Shown here piece by piece: positions 53,151-64,000 of a stretch of DNA of 64,000 nucleotides; within the stretch, counting starts at the first letter, position 1, and each line of letters starts with the position of its first letter. The DNA is from Podarcis liolepis (lineage: Eukaryota): NCBI GenBank assembly GCA_965112155.1, contig OZ218106.1, one strand, 5' to 3'. Both the position numbers and the translations under genes were made by a program. The notes under the pieces are model-generated. The model did not search any database. It was given only the letters and a program-made list of their open reading frames with translations, and was not told where the DNA came from.

Positions 53151-53399
53151 GAAGAAGAAGAGTTTGGATTTGATATCCTGCTTTATCACTACCCGAAGGA
53201 GTCTCAAAGCAGCTTACGTTCTCCTTTCCGTTCCTCCCCCATAACAAACACTCTGTGAAGTGAGTGAGACTGAGAGACTTCAAAGAAGTGTGACTGGCCC
53301 AAGGTCACCCAGCAGCTGCATGTGGAGGAGCGGAGACGCGAACCCAGTTCCCCAGATTACGAGTCTATCACTCTTAACCACTACACCACACTGGCTCTC
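53151..53399 (-). mobile_element. Squam3-like SINE with (CTT)n tail
   Basis: Reverse-complement match to 8637-8880; the GAAGAAGAAG tail on the plus strand sits next to an (ATT)n tract. Confidence 0.85.
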
Positions 53400-54018
53400 T
53401 ATTAGTAAATACCTTTGTACTATATATACTGTTATGGCATTTCATTACCAAGCTGATTATAAATTTGAAATACATAAATCAGCAGGTCAAGAAATAGATA
53501 AGACATAAGCAATAAATATTTCAGACTTCCAATACTCCTGAAATTACATTAGTCTACATTACATTATCCTATAATCTATCCTCAGCCCCAGAAATTTCCT
53601 ACTCTTTTCTTATATATTGCACAACCAGTTTCCAATTATTTAATCTGTCCTTATACTCCCTCTCCTTCCTTAATGTTATCATTAGTTTAATAATACCCAT
53701 CTGTTCCCATGGGCTTCTAATTAATTCCTTCTTTCTGGGCTTGTGGTTGTACTCCTGAATCTCCACAAACACGACCCTTATGTATATATTTATTTAAGAA
53801 GGATGATAATATGCAATGCAAAAATATGTAAATATAATTAAAATCTGTCCATAAGAATACTTACAATTCTGTTATTAAAAGGCAACAAAGGTCATGATAA
53901 ACAAGAATGTCTTTAGCATGCACCAGAATTGTATTGCCACTTGATACATAGGTGGAATATTCTTCACGAGTGATTCTAATTACCACCTCTAATGCTTTAT
54001 CATTCACAGTTCCCCATC

Positions 54019-54043
54019 CAGGGGTCCTTTACCTTTACCTTTA
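54019..54043 (+). mobile_element. Sauria SINE tail-only remnant
   Basis: CAGGGGTCCTTTACCTTTACCTTTA matches the 3' terminus of the Sauria SINE (cf. reverse complement of 56594-56619). Confidence 0.5.
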
Positions 54044-55782
54044 CAAGGCTGTAGTCCACAGGAGTGGTAATGACTGAATTCTATACACCTGCCACTCTCA
54101 GACCTGCCCATCCTGGTCAGGAGTCACCCCCCCCCCCCCACAATTAAGTAATGCTGAAACACACATGTCCTAGACACTTGGACTACAGACATTTATCCTG
54201 ATTATGAATAAATTGTTGAGTTTCTATTCATTTCTTTGAAATCCCACATGGAATTGGTACCACCCCTTCAGAAAAGAAGGCTGGGCACTTCTCTGAGCGA
54301 GTGATGCTTTGGAAGAAATCTATGGCTTGCTGTCATAGAGGCCACCCGTTTTATGAGGCACAAAATTTCATGCTAAGAACTCAATAGAAACTTTTGACAG
54401 ACCATAATATGAAGTCTTTAGGTGCACACTTTCAAGTTCACTTACTTATTTTTTGACATATATATAAGGACCTCTGGTGCCAAAGTTATGAGGTAAATAC
54501 CACGTATGTAAGTGTGCTGATCAAGCCATTCTCAGGAAAAGGAGGTATACATTGGAAGCTGTCAGGTCATTGGTCCATCTCGCTCAGGATTTTCTACACT
54601 GACAGACCACAGTTGTCCAGGATTCTCCCCAATCTCTCCTTGGAGATGCTAATGCCCTCTACCACTAAGCCATGGTCTTTCAGTACTGGCTTGATAAGTG
54701 ATAAACTGACCACTGTCAAGGAACCAGAACAAAACCTTAAACAAATGGGATAGTATTAGAAAATACTTATCTGAAGAAAAAGCTCTTTTCAATCTGCCAC
54801 TCACAACAGGATGAATTGGTTTCCTCAGAAGTTGGCAGGATCTGTAAGTGAGTGAAAATTTGGGCTATGTGGTTGAGAATTAGAGAAAGCTGGGCTCATT
54901 ATGGGTTTTCCCCCTTCTTTAGTTCTCCTTTTTTATTGATTTTGTTCATATATGAAACAGAAAGTGCTGGCACACATTAGCCTTATTTAGCACAACTGGG
55001 AGATATTGCGTGTGCAGCAGGTCTTCTAACATAGCAGCGGCCAAAAAATTGAAAACAGAGCTGCTGCAATGAAAGGTATTTTGCAGCGGAGTATCCAATA
55101 AAATGGATGCTTTTGAAAGAGATGACTTTTCCTTAAACATATAAGAGAGCAGAGGAGACAGAGCAGCCCATCACCAAACAAATTTCAGCTGTATAGAGTT
55201 ATGGCATGATGTAAATAAAAAAAAACTACCATCTCCTAGGATTGCTAAAGATGCTCTGCTGCAGCATCATGTCCTCTTATTTTTGAAGGTCAGTGTGCAT
55301 TCTTCTGTAGCCAAAAGAGGACCACTCATGCACCAAAGTAAGGTATTGGCATGCCTGAATCCTAAGGTTTGCAAAAAAGCCAGCATCTGCGAAGAAAACT
55401 GAGAGGATGGATGACCCCAAACATAGCCAATGAGGACTGAGAATGCCAGGCAGACACAGGATTAAAAAAAATCAGTGGGATGGGCAAGGCTGACAGACTG
55501 GAACATTGAACAGGATCACTGCACTCTACCACATTTTGTAGTTGCAATAATAGACTGCCAGTGATCAGAACCTTTATCCTAGGATGGTAGTCTTCAGACC
55601 CAACTTTAGCCCAAACTTGAGCTACAGCACCTTGTTTTTTAATGATATATATTTTCATGACAGTAGTGCAACTTAGGGCAAGTGTTGAAACCCAGGTTGA
55701 AGCCCAGTGTTTTAGAATACAGCATAGGGCTCTCAGTGCTATACTCCAAATTACTTTTCATTGCCCATGTGCTCTAGATATA

Positions 55783-55991
55783 GGGGGTCAAATCTAATGC
55801 TACCATTCCACTAGTGCAGCAGAGTTCTGTTTCCACAATGGAACTTTTCCCCTCCTCTCCCCTGCACCCTCAAAATCTGCTCCCGAAGGTGCTCCAATTC
55901 CTGGGAGCAGGTTTTGAGGGTGTGCGGGGAGAGGAACGGGAAGTTCTGTTTCTTGAGCAGACCTCCCTGCACACAGCATTGGACACAACCC
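55783..55991. repeat. Palindromic (MITE-like) element with a long internal hairpin
   Basis: Arms 55841-55884 and 55903-55946 are largely complementary; weaker complementarity extends outward to AATGCT/AGCATT. Confidence 0.65.
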
Positions 55992-56593
55992 ACAGATTCC
56001 TGCTGGTGTATCCTCAAATATAATTCCAGCTTTTTGCACCATGAAATATCTGCAGAATTGTGCAATATGCAGATTATTGTAATGTATCAGTGGCGACGCC
56101 CAACATATGTCAAAAAGTACTTCAAATATATTAATTTTTTACCCCCGTCATCTTATTTTGTAAATACTTGAAGGAAATGCAACAGAGGAGAATCCCGACC
56201 CTGATTCATAAGTCTCTATTTACGTCTTTGAGATGTAGCCCATATGGTACAGAACATTGCAGCCAGCTGCTAATTAGGCACCCGGCATGCTCAGTACTTA
56301 AGGTCAGCTCAAACAAATAAGGACAAAGCTGTTGTATTAGTAGGATATATTATCCTGTGGATGGATTCATGCAGGTTCCATTAGCATTAATGAACAAGGC
56401 ATTGCAAGTATCCAGAAAGGGGGTAGGAAGGCAAATCCTCTGCAAATCATGATTGGCTGGATGCAATTGGTACGGCATGATACAAATGAAAGCACTGGTT
56501 GCCTATCCCAAATGCTAAGATTACAAGAATATGCTTCTCGTGTTGTTCGAACTCATTCAGGAGTCATAAATGTTTCTTATAATGTCAGTAGTA

Positions 56594-56966
56594 AGGTAAA
56601 AAAGGTAAAGGACCCCTGGATGGTTAAGTTCAGTCAAAGGTGACTATAGGGGTTGCGGCGCTCACCTCGCTTCAGGCCGAGGGAGCGGCGTTTGTCCACA
56701 GAAAACTTTCTGGGTCATGTGGTCAGCATGACTAAACCGCTTCTGCCACAATGACACACTGTGACAGAAGCCAGAGCGACAAAAACACTGTTTACCTTCT
56801 TGCTGCAGCGGTGCCACGTTATCTACTTGCACTGGTATGCTTTTGAACTGCTAGGTTGGCAGAAGCTAGGACAGAGCAACCCCGTCGTGTGGACTCAAAC
56901 CACCAACCTTCCAATCGGCAGGCGCAAGAGGCTCAGTGCTTTAGACCACAGCGCCACCCGTGTCCC
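56594..56966 (-). mobile_element. Sauria SINE, full length with degenerate 14-bp TSD
   Basis: Minus-strand head GGGACACGGGTGGCGCTGTGGTCTAAAGCACTGAGCCTCTTG and ACCTTT tail; flanks TAATGTCAGTAGTA (56580-93) and TAATGCCACTAATA (56967-80). Confidence 0.92.
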
Positions 56967-58409
56967 TAATGCCACTAATATGATATCCATTAAAATGTAA
57001 ATGGATGCTAAGCAAGGCTTTGAGAAATAGATATTTCCTATAGACAGTATATTCAAGATGACACAACTGGGATTTGTGTTCTCTTTGTATCATTGGGTTA
57101 CCACTATGATATTAAATATGTCAGGCCAATCTAACTAAACTGAAGTGCTTTGATGGCCATTGATTTCAACAGAAAAGTTAAAAAGCAATCCTGTACAAAC
57201 TTACTTGGGAGTAGGTAAAAACACACACATTTGGAATCCAAATCCCTTCTATCTCAAATAACGTTAACAAGCTCCAGCTATGTTGTATGAATGTGGAGAG
57301 GGAGATGTGCGATGAGGGAACTATTATAGAACCAAACACAAAGGAAAATTAAATAATTTGTCCGTTGGCACAGATTTCTAAGCTTCCAGAAACCCACGAA
57401 GTCATTTTTCTCCAATGACAATAATTAATCTCACTCCCAGACTGCACAGCCAAACATTTTTTTAATGAGCTTGTTAAGTGTGCTTACCTATCCTTGTTAA
57501 CTCTGGGGTGGGAGAGTTTTATAGAAACTTGGAGCAGATGCTGGCAAGACAGATCTAACGTGTGGTCGTTTAATCAGAAATACCATGCTATGAAATATTA
57601 AAGATAAAATATTGGCCTTGGATTTCCCCCTCCTCTGTTTTGGTCGGCGTACACAGAGGCTATTATAGTGACTATTTCCATGCTAATGAAAAGAAAACTT
57701 AGATCTTGAATGCCATACAGTGGGTGTAAATTATTACAGTGGTTTCACATTTTCATGTGATTGAGGCAACAGAAGTAAGCTCATAAACAAGATACTACTA
57801 ATTATACAGAGGAGAAGTCATAAAGTCACCAGTGGATGCATGCCTTATATTCATGGACACATCGTTAAAATGTTCAGACTTGCTATCAAATTCTACATTT
57901 AATACTAGACCCAACAGCATTAAACCCTCCCAACAAGAAAATCAGATTGGTTAATGATCCTTTTTTGTCACACAAGTTTTATATGTCTGCTGTTGAAGCA
58001 GCTGGGTGATTTTCTGTTTCTGGACAGCTTAATCACTGGATGATTAAAATAATTTTTATCTGTGCTACTTGGTACATATAAAGTCTGAAGATGTTTCAAC
58101 ATCCTGAGTTGAAAGTAGACATATTTAACACATAAGAATTTTTTGTTTTTAAAGTTTTTACACATCTTGTCTTTTTTTAGTTTTTGCTTTGGGGTGTGTG
58201 AACTTAAATAAATAAGTAGTTTATTTATTTAAAAAATGTATATATTTCTATTCAGAAAAAAAGGAATCAGAGTGGTTTACAACCACTTGTAGGGTCTGGG
58301 TTCTGTTTGCTTTACTGTAAGAGTTGTTTGTTTTTTAGTCGTCGTCATTTTTTATTTGGAAGTTCCTTCTGTTTGATGGCTTCATAAATAAAATGACCTT
58401 GGTGGCACA

Positions 58410-58640
58410 GAGTGTCTTCCATCCATTTTGGCTCATGGCCCAGCATTGGCCTAATTTAGACAAAGACAGCCTAAGTACTATTGTCTACACTCTGGCTATT
58501 TCTAGGCAATACGTTCTGCATGGCATTGCCTTTCTGGGTGGTTTGGAAACTGTAGCGGGTGCAAAATTCAGCAGCCAGGTGGCTCATCAGAGCAAGGCGG
58601 TACAAGCACCTAGCACCAATCCTGACCCAACTGCACTGCA
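58410..58640 (+). mobile_element. L2 LINE ORF2 remnant
   Basis: ORF 58559 reads QNSAARWLIRARRYKHLAPILTQLH (cf. QNAAARLLTG...HITPVLxxLHWLP). Confidence 0.75.
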
Positions 58641-58669
58641 AGCAGCAGCACCCACTCCAGTGCCAACCA

Positions 58670-59105
58670 GGTATGGGAAAATGTGGCATCAGTTTGCCAT
58701 TTTTTCCAGTCTTATGTTGTCTTCCACATTTCTATAACAGTTTGTGATTTTTTTTTTTGGAACATGGAAAAAGTTATTGTGAATATTCATTAGGATCTTA
58801 GTGTCAAATTCTCAAAACGTGCACAATTTTTGGTATGCAATTTCCCCCAGTAAGCATATTTTTGCAAAGCAATTTCCCCTAACAGAATGCATTTTTGTGT
58901 CTTGTATTTTCTTCTTCTAATATATGCATTTATATTCACACTCCCCCCAGTGTATATTTATTTTTGGACATATAACCTGGCTGAAGAACTGCACTGTGCA
59001 ATTCAGGGACATGCCCATTTTGAAGAAAGGCTGTTTTGGTTGGTGTATTGCTTTGGAAAGGGCAAAGTAGGTAGGCTCACTTTCAAATGTGAGCTTAATT
59101 TAATG
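58670..59105 (-). repeat. Copy of the AT-rich ~450-bp dispersed repeat
   Basis: Reverse-complement blocks (GCAAAGCAATTTCCCCTAACAGAATGCATTT) match 35173-35605. Confidence 0.65.
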
Positions 59106-59418
59106 TAAGGTAGCCTGGTAACAACAGGTGTCTCATCCTATTTCTCTCTCTCTCTGCTTGACACAGCCATGTATGTGTCATCTAGGGCAACAGATGCAGG
59201 ATTCCCACTGCCTTAAGGGGGTCTTCTCAGAAGTACAAGATCAACAAGTTAATTCTAAGTCTCCTATTTGGCAACTTCCACTCCTGATCCAGGCACTTTA
59301 ACAACCAGTTGCATACTCTAAACAGTCTACGCAATGTGAGAGGACAACACACCCTTGAGTGTGTTCAGAAACCAGTGTAGCTCAGATATCCAATTCAGGC
59401 TCGGGTTCCTTCGGGTGA

Positions 59419-59877
<459 letters not shown>

Positions 59878-60531
59878 TATCTGTGATGCTGCATTCAGCT
59901 ATAATAAAACTGCTTATTTGACAATATGTTTCTGAGGAATCTTTTCATAGTAGTTCAGCTTTTTGTTAGCATGGAAGTAATTTCACAGCAAAATTCTCTC
60001 TTGTACAAGTTGGGTTGTTTTAACTTTTACATGGCTTTTCTTACTGGTCCTGTACAAGTGTGGTTTCTCATTGGACTGTATATGATTGCAGCCTCAGTTG
60101 CAGAAGAATTTGGTTCCATTCTGAACCACAGAAATGAAAACGGTATAAAGGAATGTGTACATATTAGCGACACTTTAAAATTCATTGAGTCAGTTCTTTA
60201 ATACTTGTGCAGCTGTGTCACTTTCTTTTAAGTACTGACATAACTAAATGTTAAATGACAATTTTTTGCTTGATGCTTATGTTGCTGGGCTTGCTTATTT
60301 AAAAAAGGAGAAAACTAAAAAGAGAGAGAGAGATATCCAATTCAGCAGTAAATTCAAAATTATGGAAGGTAGGAAATGGGGAATGACAGTGAATATGCAG
60401 TTCAAAAGGGAAATAAACCCTCATATTTTAATTTATTTTATCACATTTCCTCCAAGTAGCTCAAGATGGTGCACCCAGCTTCCTGGCTGAGTGGAGATTT
60501 GAAGCTAGGGTCCTAGGTTCAAGGGTAAACT

Positions 60532-60657
60532 CAGCCTTTCTCAATGCAGATGGTCTTGAACTCCAATTCCCATCATCCCTAGCCAGCATGGCCATTGGTC
60601 AGGGATGATGGGAGTTGTAGCCCAACAACATCTAGGGAAGCAGAGCTGAGAAAGGCT
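60532..60657. mobile_element. Short palindromic hAT MITE fragment
   Basis: AGCCTTTCTCA ... TGAGAAAGGCT ends, with a TCCCATCATCCCT/AGGGATGATGGGA core. Confidence 0.6.
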
Positions 60658-62930
60658 CCTCTAACCACTGCTGAGTTCAGCCAGTTTCCCAGCCTATCTT
60701 ACCCCCAAGGGTTCTTGTGAGGGTAACCACCCACACCACTTTGAGCTCCTTGGAGGAATAAATAGATAACAAATAAAAGTTACATCATGTCATGGCTAAA
60801 AACATGACCTAAATTCCAAGAATCCCCTGGATAAAATCTCACCTCAGATACAAACACACCAGATTGCCTCACATTATGTTTTAATCATTCGGCACTATTA
60901 GTTAAGTTATCAGCGAGTGAATTTATCCAATTCCTTTTCTTCACCGCTTTTCCTTTCCTGAGTCTCTTTTTTGTGCTTGTACTGTCAAATCATTTACCCT
61001 GAAATAGCTCCAGGGCTGAAAAAATCACAGCCAAAATCTCTTAACTAGAAAGAATATTAATTATATGCATTTTTTTCCTCTGCTCACTAGCATTTGTGTA
61101 TTTTTCACCAAATTATTGACAGATGACAATATCCTATAACAACTGACAATATACATAATAGGGGTTTCAGGCTCTTTCTACTTCTTCATATACATTCTGT
61201 GTACGTGTGTAAAATCTGCAATTTGCTGCCAACAATTATCTCTGTGTACTGCCCTTATCTACAGACAATAAAGGATTCCTTAAACCCACTTGCGTGCATT
61301 CATTGTCTACCAATACTATTACAAGCAGATCGTCACCATCCCATATTCGTCATGTAATTTAATGATTCGCATAAGGACCTTTTTAAAAAGAAAAGAAAAG
61401 AAAAGAAAAGAAAGAAAACTCAGTCCTTTTCCTGTTACCAAAACATCTGCTCATAGAGGGAAAGAGAGAGAGAGGAGGGGAAAAATCATCTTTGATTTGA
61501 TTTTATTGCAGGATGCATGCTCAGTCGCTAGCCTGACGAACGCCAAGATGCAGGCGAAACTGTGTGGACCTTGCCCCTTTTTTGGAGTTAACCAGTGAAA
61601 AAGCTGCATCTGTTTATTCTCAGACATTAGAGCTACTAAAAGAATAAGACATCAGAGGCCTGTGAACGAGAAGCTCTTTTAAAACACACAAAGCCTTCGC
61701 TCCCGAATCCACCTTAACCAGTTTAGAGAAAGAGCTTTTGGCACCAAGTCTGCCTTCGGTGAAAGACTGATAATGATCACGAAAGACATTCTGTGGGCTC
61801 CTGCTCCGCTCACTTCAAAGGCCTTCTCTCTTAATCAACATTAAATCATCATTTTCCCCTTGCACACAGGACAGCTGTACACAATCTATTTGTTTTAAAA
61901 CAGATTATGGCTAGTTTCCCTGCTAGAATATATGCTGCACTGATTTTTCTTTCCAAAGAGAGAGAGAGAGAGGTTTTTAACTGGTTTAGCTAGTATAAAC
62001 TCCTTCCCATCTGTACAGTCTAAATATTACTTTCCAGGATCTGGCCATTATTTTGGCAGTACCACATTATTTTATTGGTATCACAGGGGTGTGCACGATC
62101 TTCAAAGCAAGTACAGTGTTGCAACTACGAATCAGGCTCATCCAGACCAGGCTGCCTTGAGCATTAGACTCCAGGAATTCCATCCTGGGTTTTAAAATGT
62201 GGTTTTCATTAGAACGAGGAGTTTTTTGTTTTTTTTAATGCTAGTCTCCCTACCTCGAACATTTGCAGGGATTGTTTCTTCTTTTTCTTTTTTTGCTCCT
62301 CTCCAGAATGCCAGTAATTGTATAAATTCCAGATTTTCGGTTGCATAGCCCATTGAACCCAACGGAACTTCACCTCTGATAAGATTTGTACAGAATTGCA
62401 TTGTGAGCAGGACCTGGTTGACCTGTGGGAGTGCCCACGAATTCTAGGATGACCAGAAGACATTTTATTGCCCAATTAAAGTAAATGTAGATTAAAAAAA
62501 GATAACTGTTGACTAATTAGTGTAAGGGCCCTTAAAAAAATCAGCAGATTGCCTTTTCCCAGATCATTTCCAAAGATATATTGCAAAGGGCAGTCCCTTT
62601 GTTTAGTGGAAGAAGAAGCACTGTGACCCTACAGTGACCCATCTCTAGGGTTGCTTGGCATTCTGTAGTCTCTTTTCTGTAGTCGGTTACCAGAGTGACA
62701 GCATATACCATCGCCAGAATTGAGCAGTAATAGAGCTTTTCCTGGACAATGGAAATGATTCCTTTCCTGACCATACAAGATGGCACAGTTGCACATGCCT
62801 TAGTTAAATCAGTAGGATCTCTCCATGCTGCTGCCTTTGAAAACTAGTTTAGCTACTATAAACCCCAGCTAGTACAGTTTGCAATATGGCCAGGTTTTTT
62901 GTGAGGGAGCACACAACTTCTCTTTTACTT

Positions 62931-63190
62931 CACTTACAATGGCTGCCAATCCATTTCTGGGTACAATTCTAAATGCGGGTTATCACCTGTAAGGTTTTAC
63001 AAAGTCTTGGGATCAGGAAGGATAAATAAAGGCCTGTTTCCTTCCTTATGCTGAGATTATTTGAATAGGGCTCTTTCTGAGGTTTGGTAGGAAGAAACAT
63101 AGGAAAGGGATTTATCAACCATCCAGGTTTTGGAACTTCTTGTCCTTGGAGGTCCATTTAACCCCCTCCTTGCTGGCTTTCCATCTTAAG
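62931..63190 (+). mobile_element. L2 LINE 3' ORF remnant
   Basis: Translates as HLQWLPIHFWVQF*MRVITCKVL (cf. LHWLPIxFRxQFKxLVITYKAL). Confidence 0.65.
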
Positions 63191-63681
63191 TTACTTCTCT
63201 GATCATGTAAGGAGGTCGTCTCTCTTCAGCCTCTCCCACCAGTTCCCAACAAGTTCCCAAGCCCCACCCTCCTATTATCAAAGAGCAAATTTTCAGGAGG
63301 TGCAGAAGCTGAAGACAGAAGGGAGATATGTGAAAATTCTAAACCATAAACCATGAACTCTGTTCATATTCACAGAAGTAAAGTTAGGATCAAGCAATTT
63401 AGGCTCCCCCCCCCTTCTTATTTCAGCACAGCTCTGCCTGATGGCCTGATTCTATTTACTCCCTTGTCATTAACTGCTGCTTTTCTTTTGTTGTCTTAGT
63501 TATGAAACTGTTCTAGGATTGTGGGCATTTGGAGAACTCATTTTGCTAGCCACCTTAGGTGGATTTTTAACAGAAAGGTGGAATGTATGTTCCATTAGTT
63601 AAGCTCTTGTTGAAATCAGTACACTTTTGTAACTCCATAGATTTCAACGGGTTTAATTGGAGTGTGTATTAGATGTCCACC

Positions 63682-64000
63682 ACTGTGGTCTAAACCACTG
63701 AGCCTCTTGGGCTTGCCGATCGGAAGGTTGGCTGTTCAAATCCATGTGACGGGGTGAGCTCCTGTTGCTCTGTCCCAGTTTCTAGCAGTTTGAAAGCACC
63801 CCAGTGCAAGTATATAGATAGGTACCACTGTGGCGGGAAGGTAAATGGTGTTTGCGTGCACTCTGGCACTCGTCACGGTGTCCTGTTGCACCAGAAGTGG
63901 TTTTGTCATGCTGGCCACATGACCTGGAAAGCTGTCTGTGGACAAATGCCAGCTACCTCAGCCTGAAAAGTGAGTTGAGCGCCACACCCCATGGTCGCCT
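63682..64000 (+). mobile_element. Sauria SINE, runs off the window end
   Basis: CTGTGGTCTAAACCACTGAGCCTCTTGGGCTTGCCGATCGGAAGG..., homologous to the two minus-strand copies. Confidence 0.9.

Noticed and set aside
53410-53770. Possible L1/Tx1 3' remnant on the minus strand
   Set aside because: Only a compositional resemblance; I could not read a diagnostic motif confidently, so it is not listed as a feature.
58980-59010. Other CTGANGA hammerhead-core heptamers (also ~6141, ~9557, ~20724, ~54771, ~63309)
   Set aside because: None has a G-C-closed stem II followed by GAAA with a compatible UH and stem I/III.

Overview
This is AT-rich, CpG-depleted, repeat-rich vertebrate DNA from a squamate reptile. 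The co-occurrence of Sauria SINEs, Squam3-like SINEs, a tRNA-head/CR1-tail SINE and a BovB LINE fragment suggests a lacertid lizard. I found no convincing host-gene exon, so the window looks like a large intron or gene desert. The only recognisable cellular coding sequence is a processed RPS23 (uS12) pseudogene (CDS-like 59446-59877, premature TGA at codon 71). Its whole retro-insertion (59399-60330) is bracketed by a perfect 15-bp target-site duplication (TSD) and carries an unexpectedly long 3' extension. The rest is SINEs, LINE remnants (BovB, L1/Tx1, L2, CR1), Tc1/mariner-pogo and hAT MITEs, microsatellites and several repeat-poor islands that may be conserved regulatory elements. The most interesting signals are RNA-structural. 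One is a 129-bp TSD-flanked Penelope-like insertion (38318-38446) whose 5' end is a complete minimal hammerhead ribozyme. The other is a non-repeat, type-III-like hammerhead candidate at 61519-61565 in a CpG-retaining island. Repeat-family names come from my recollection of consensus sequences, not from a database search.
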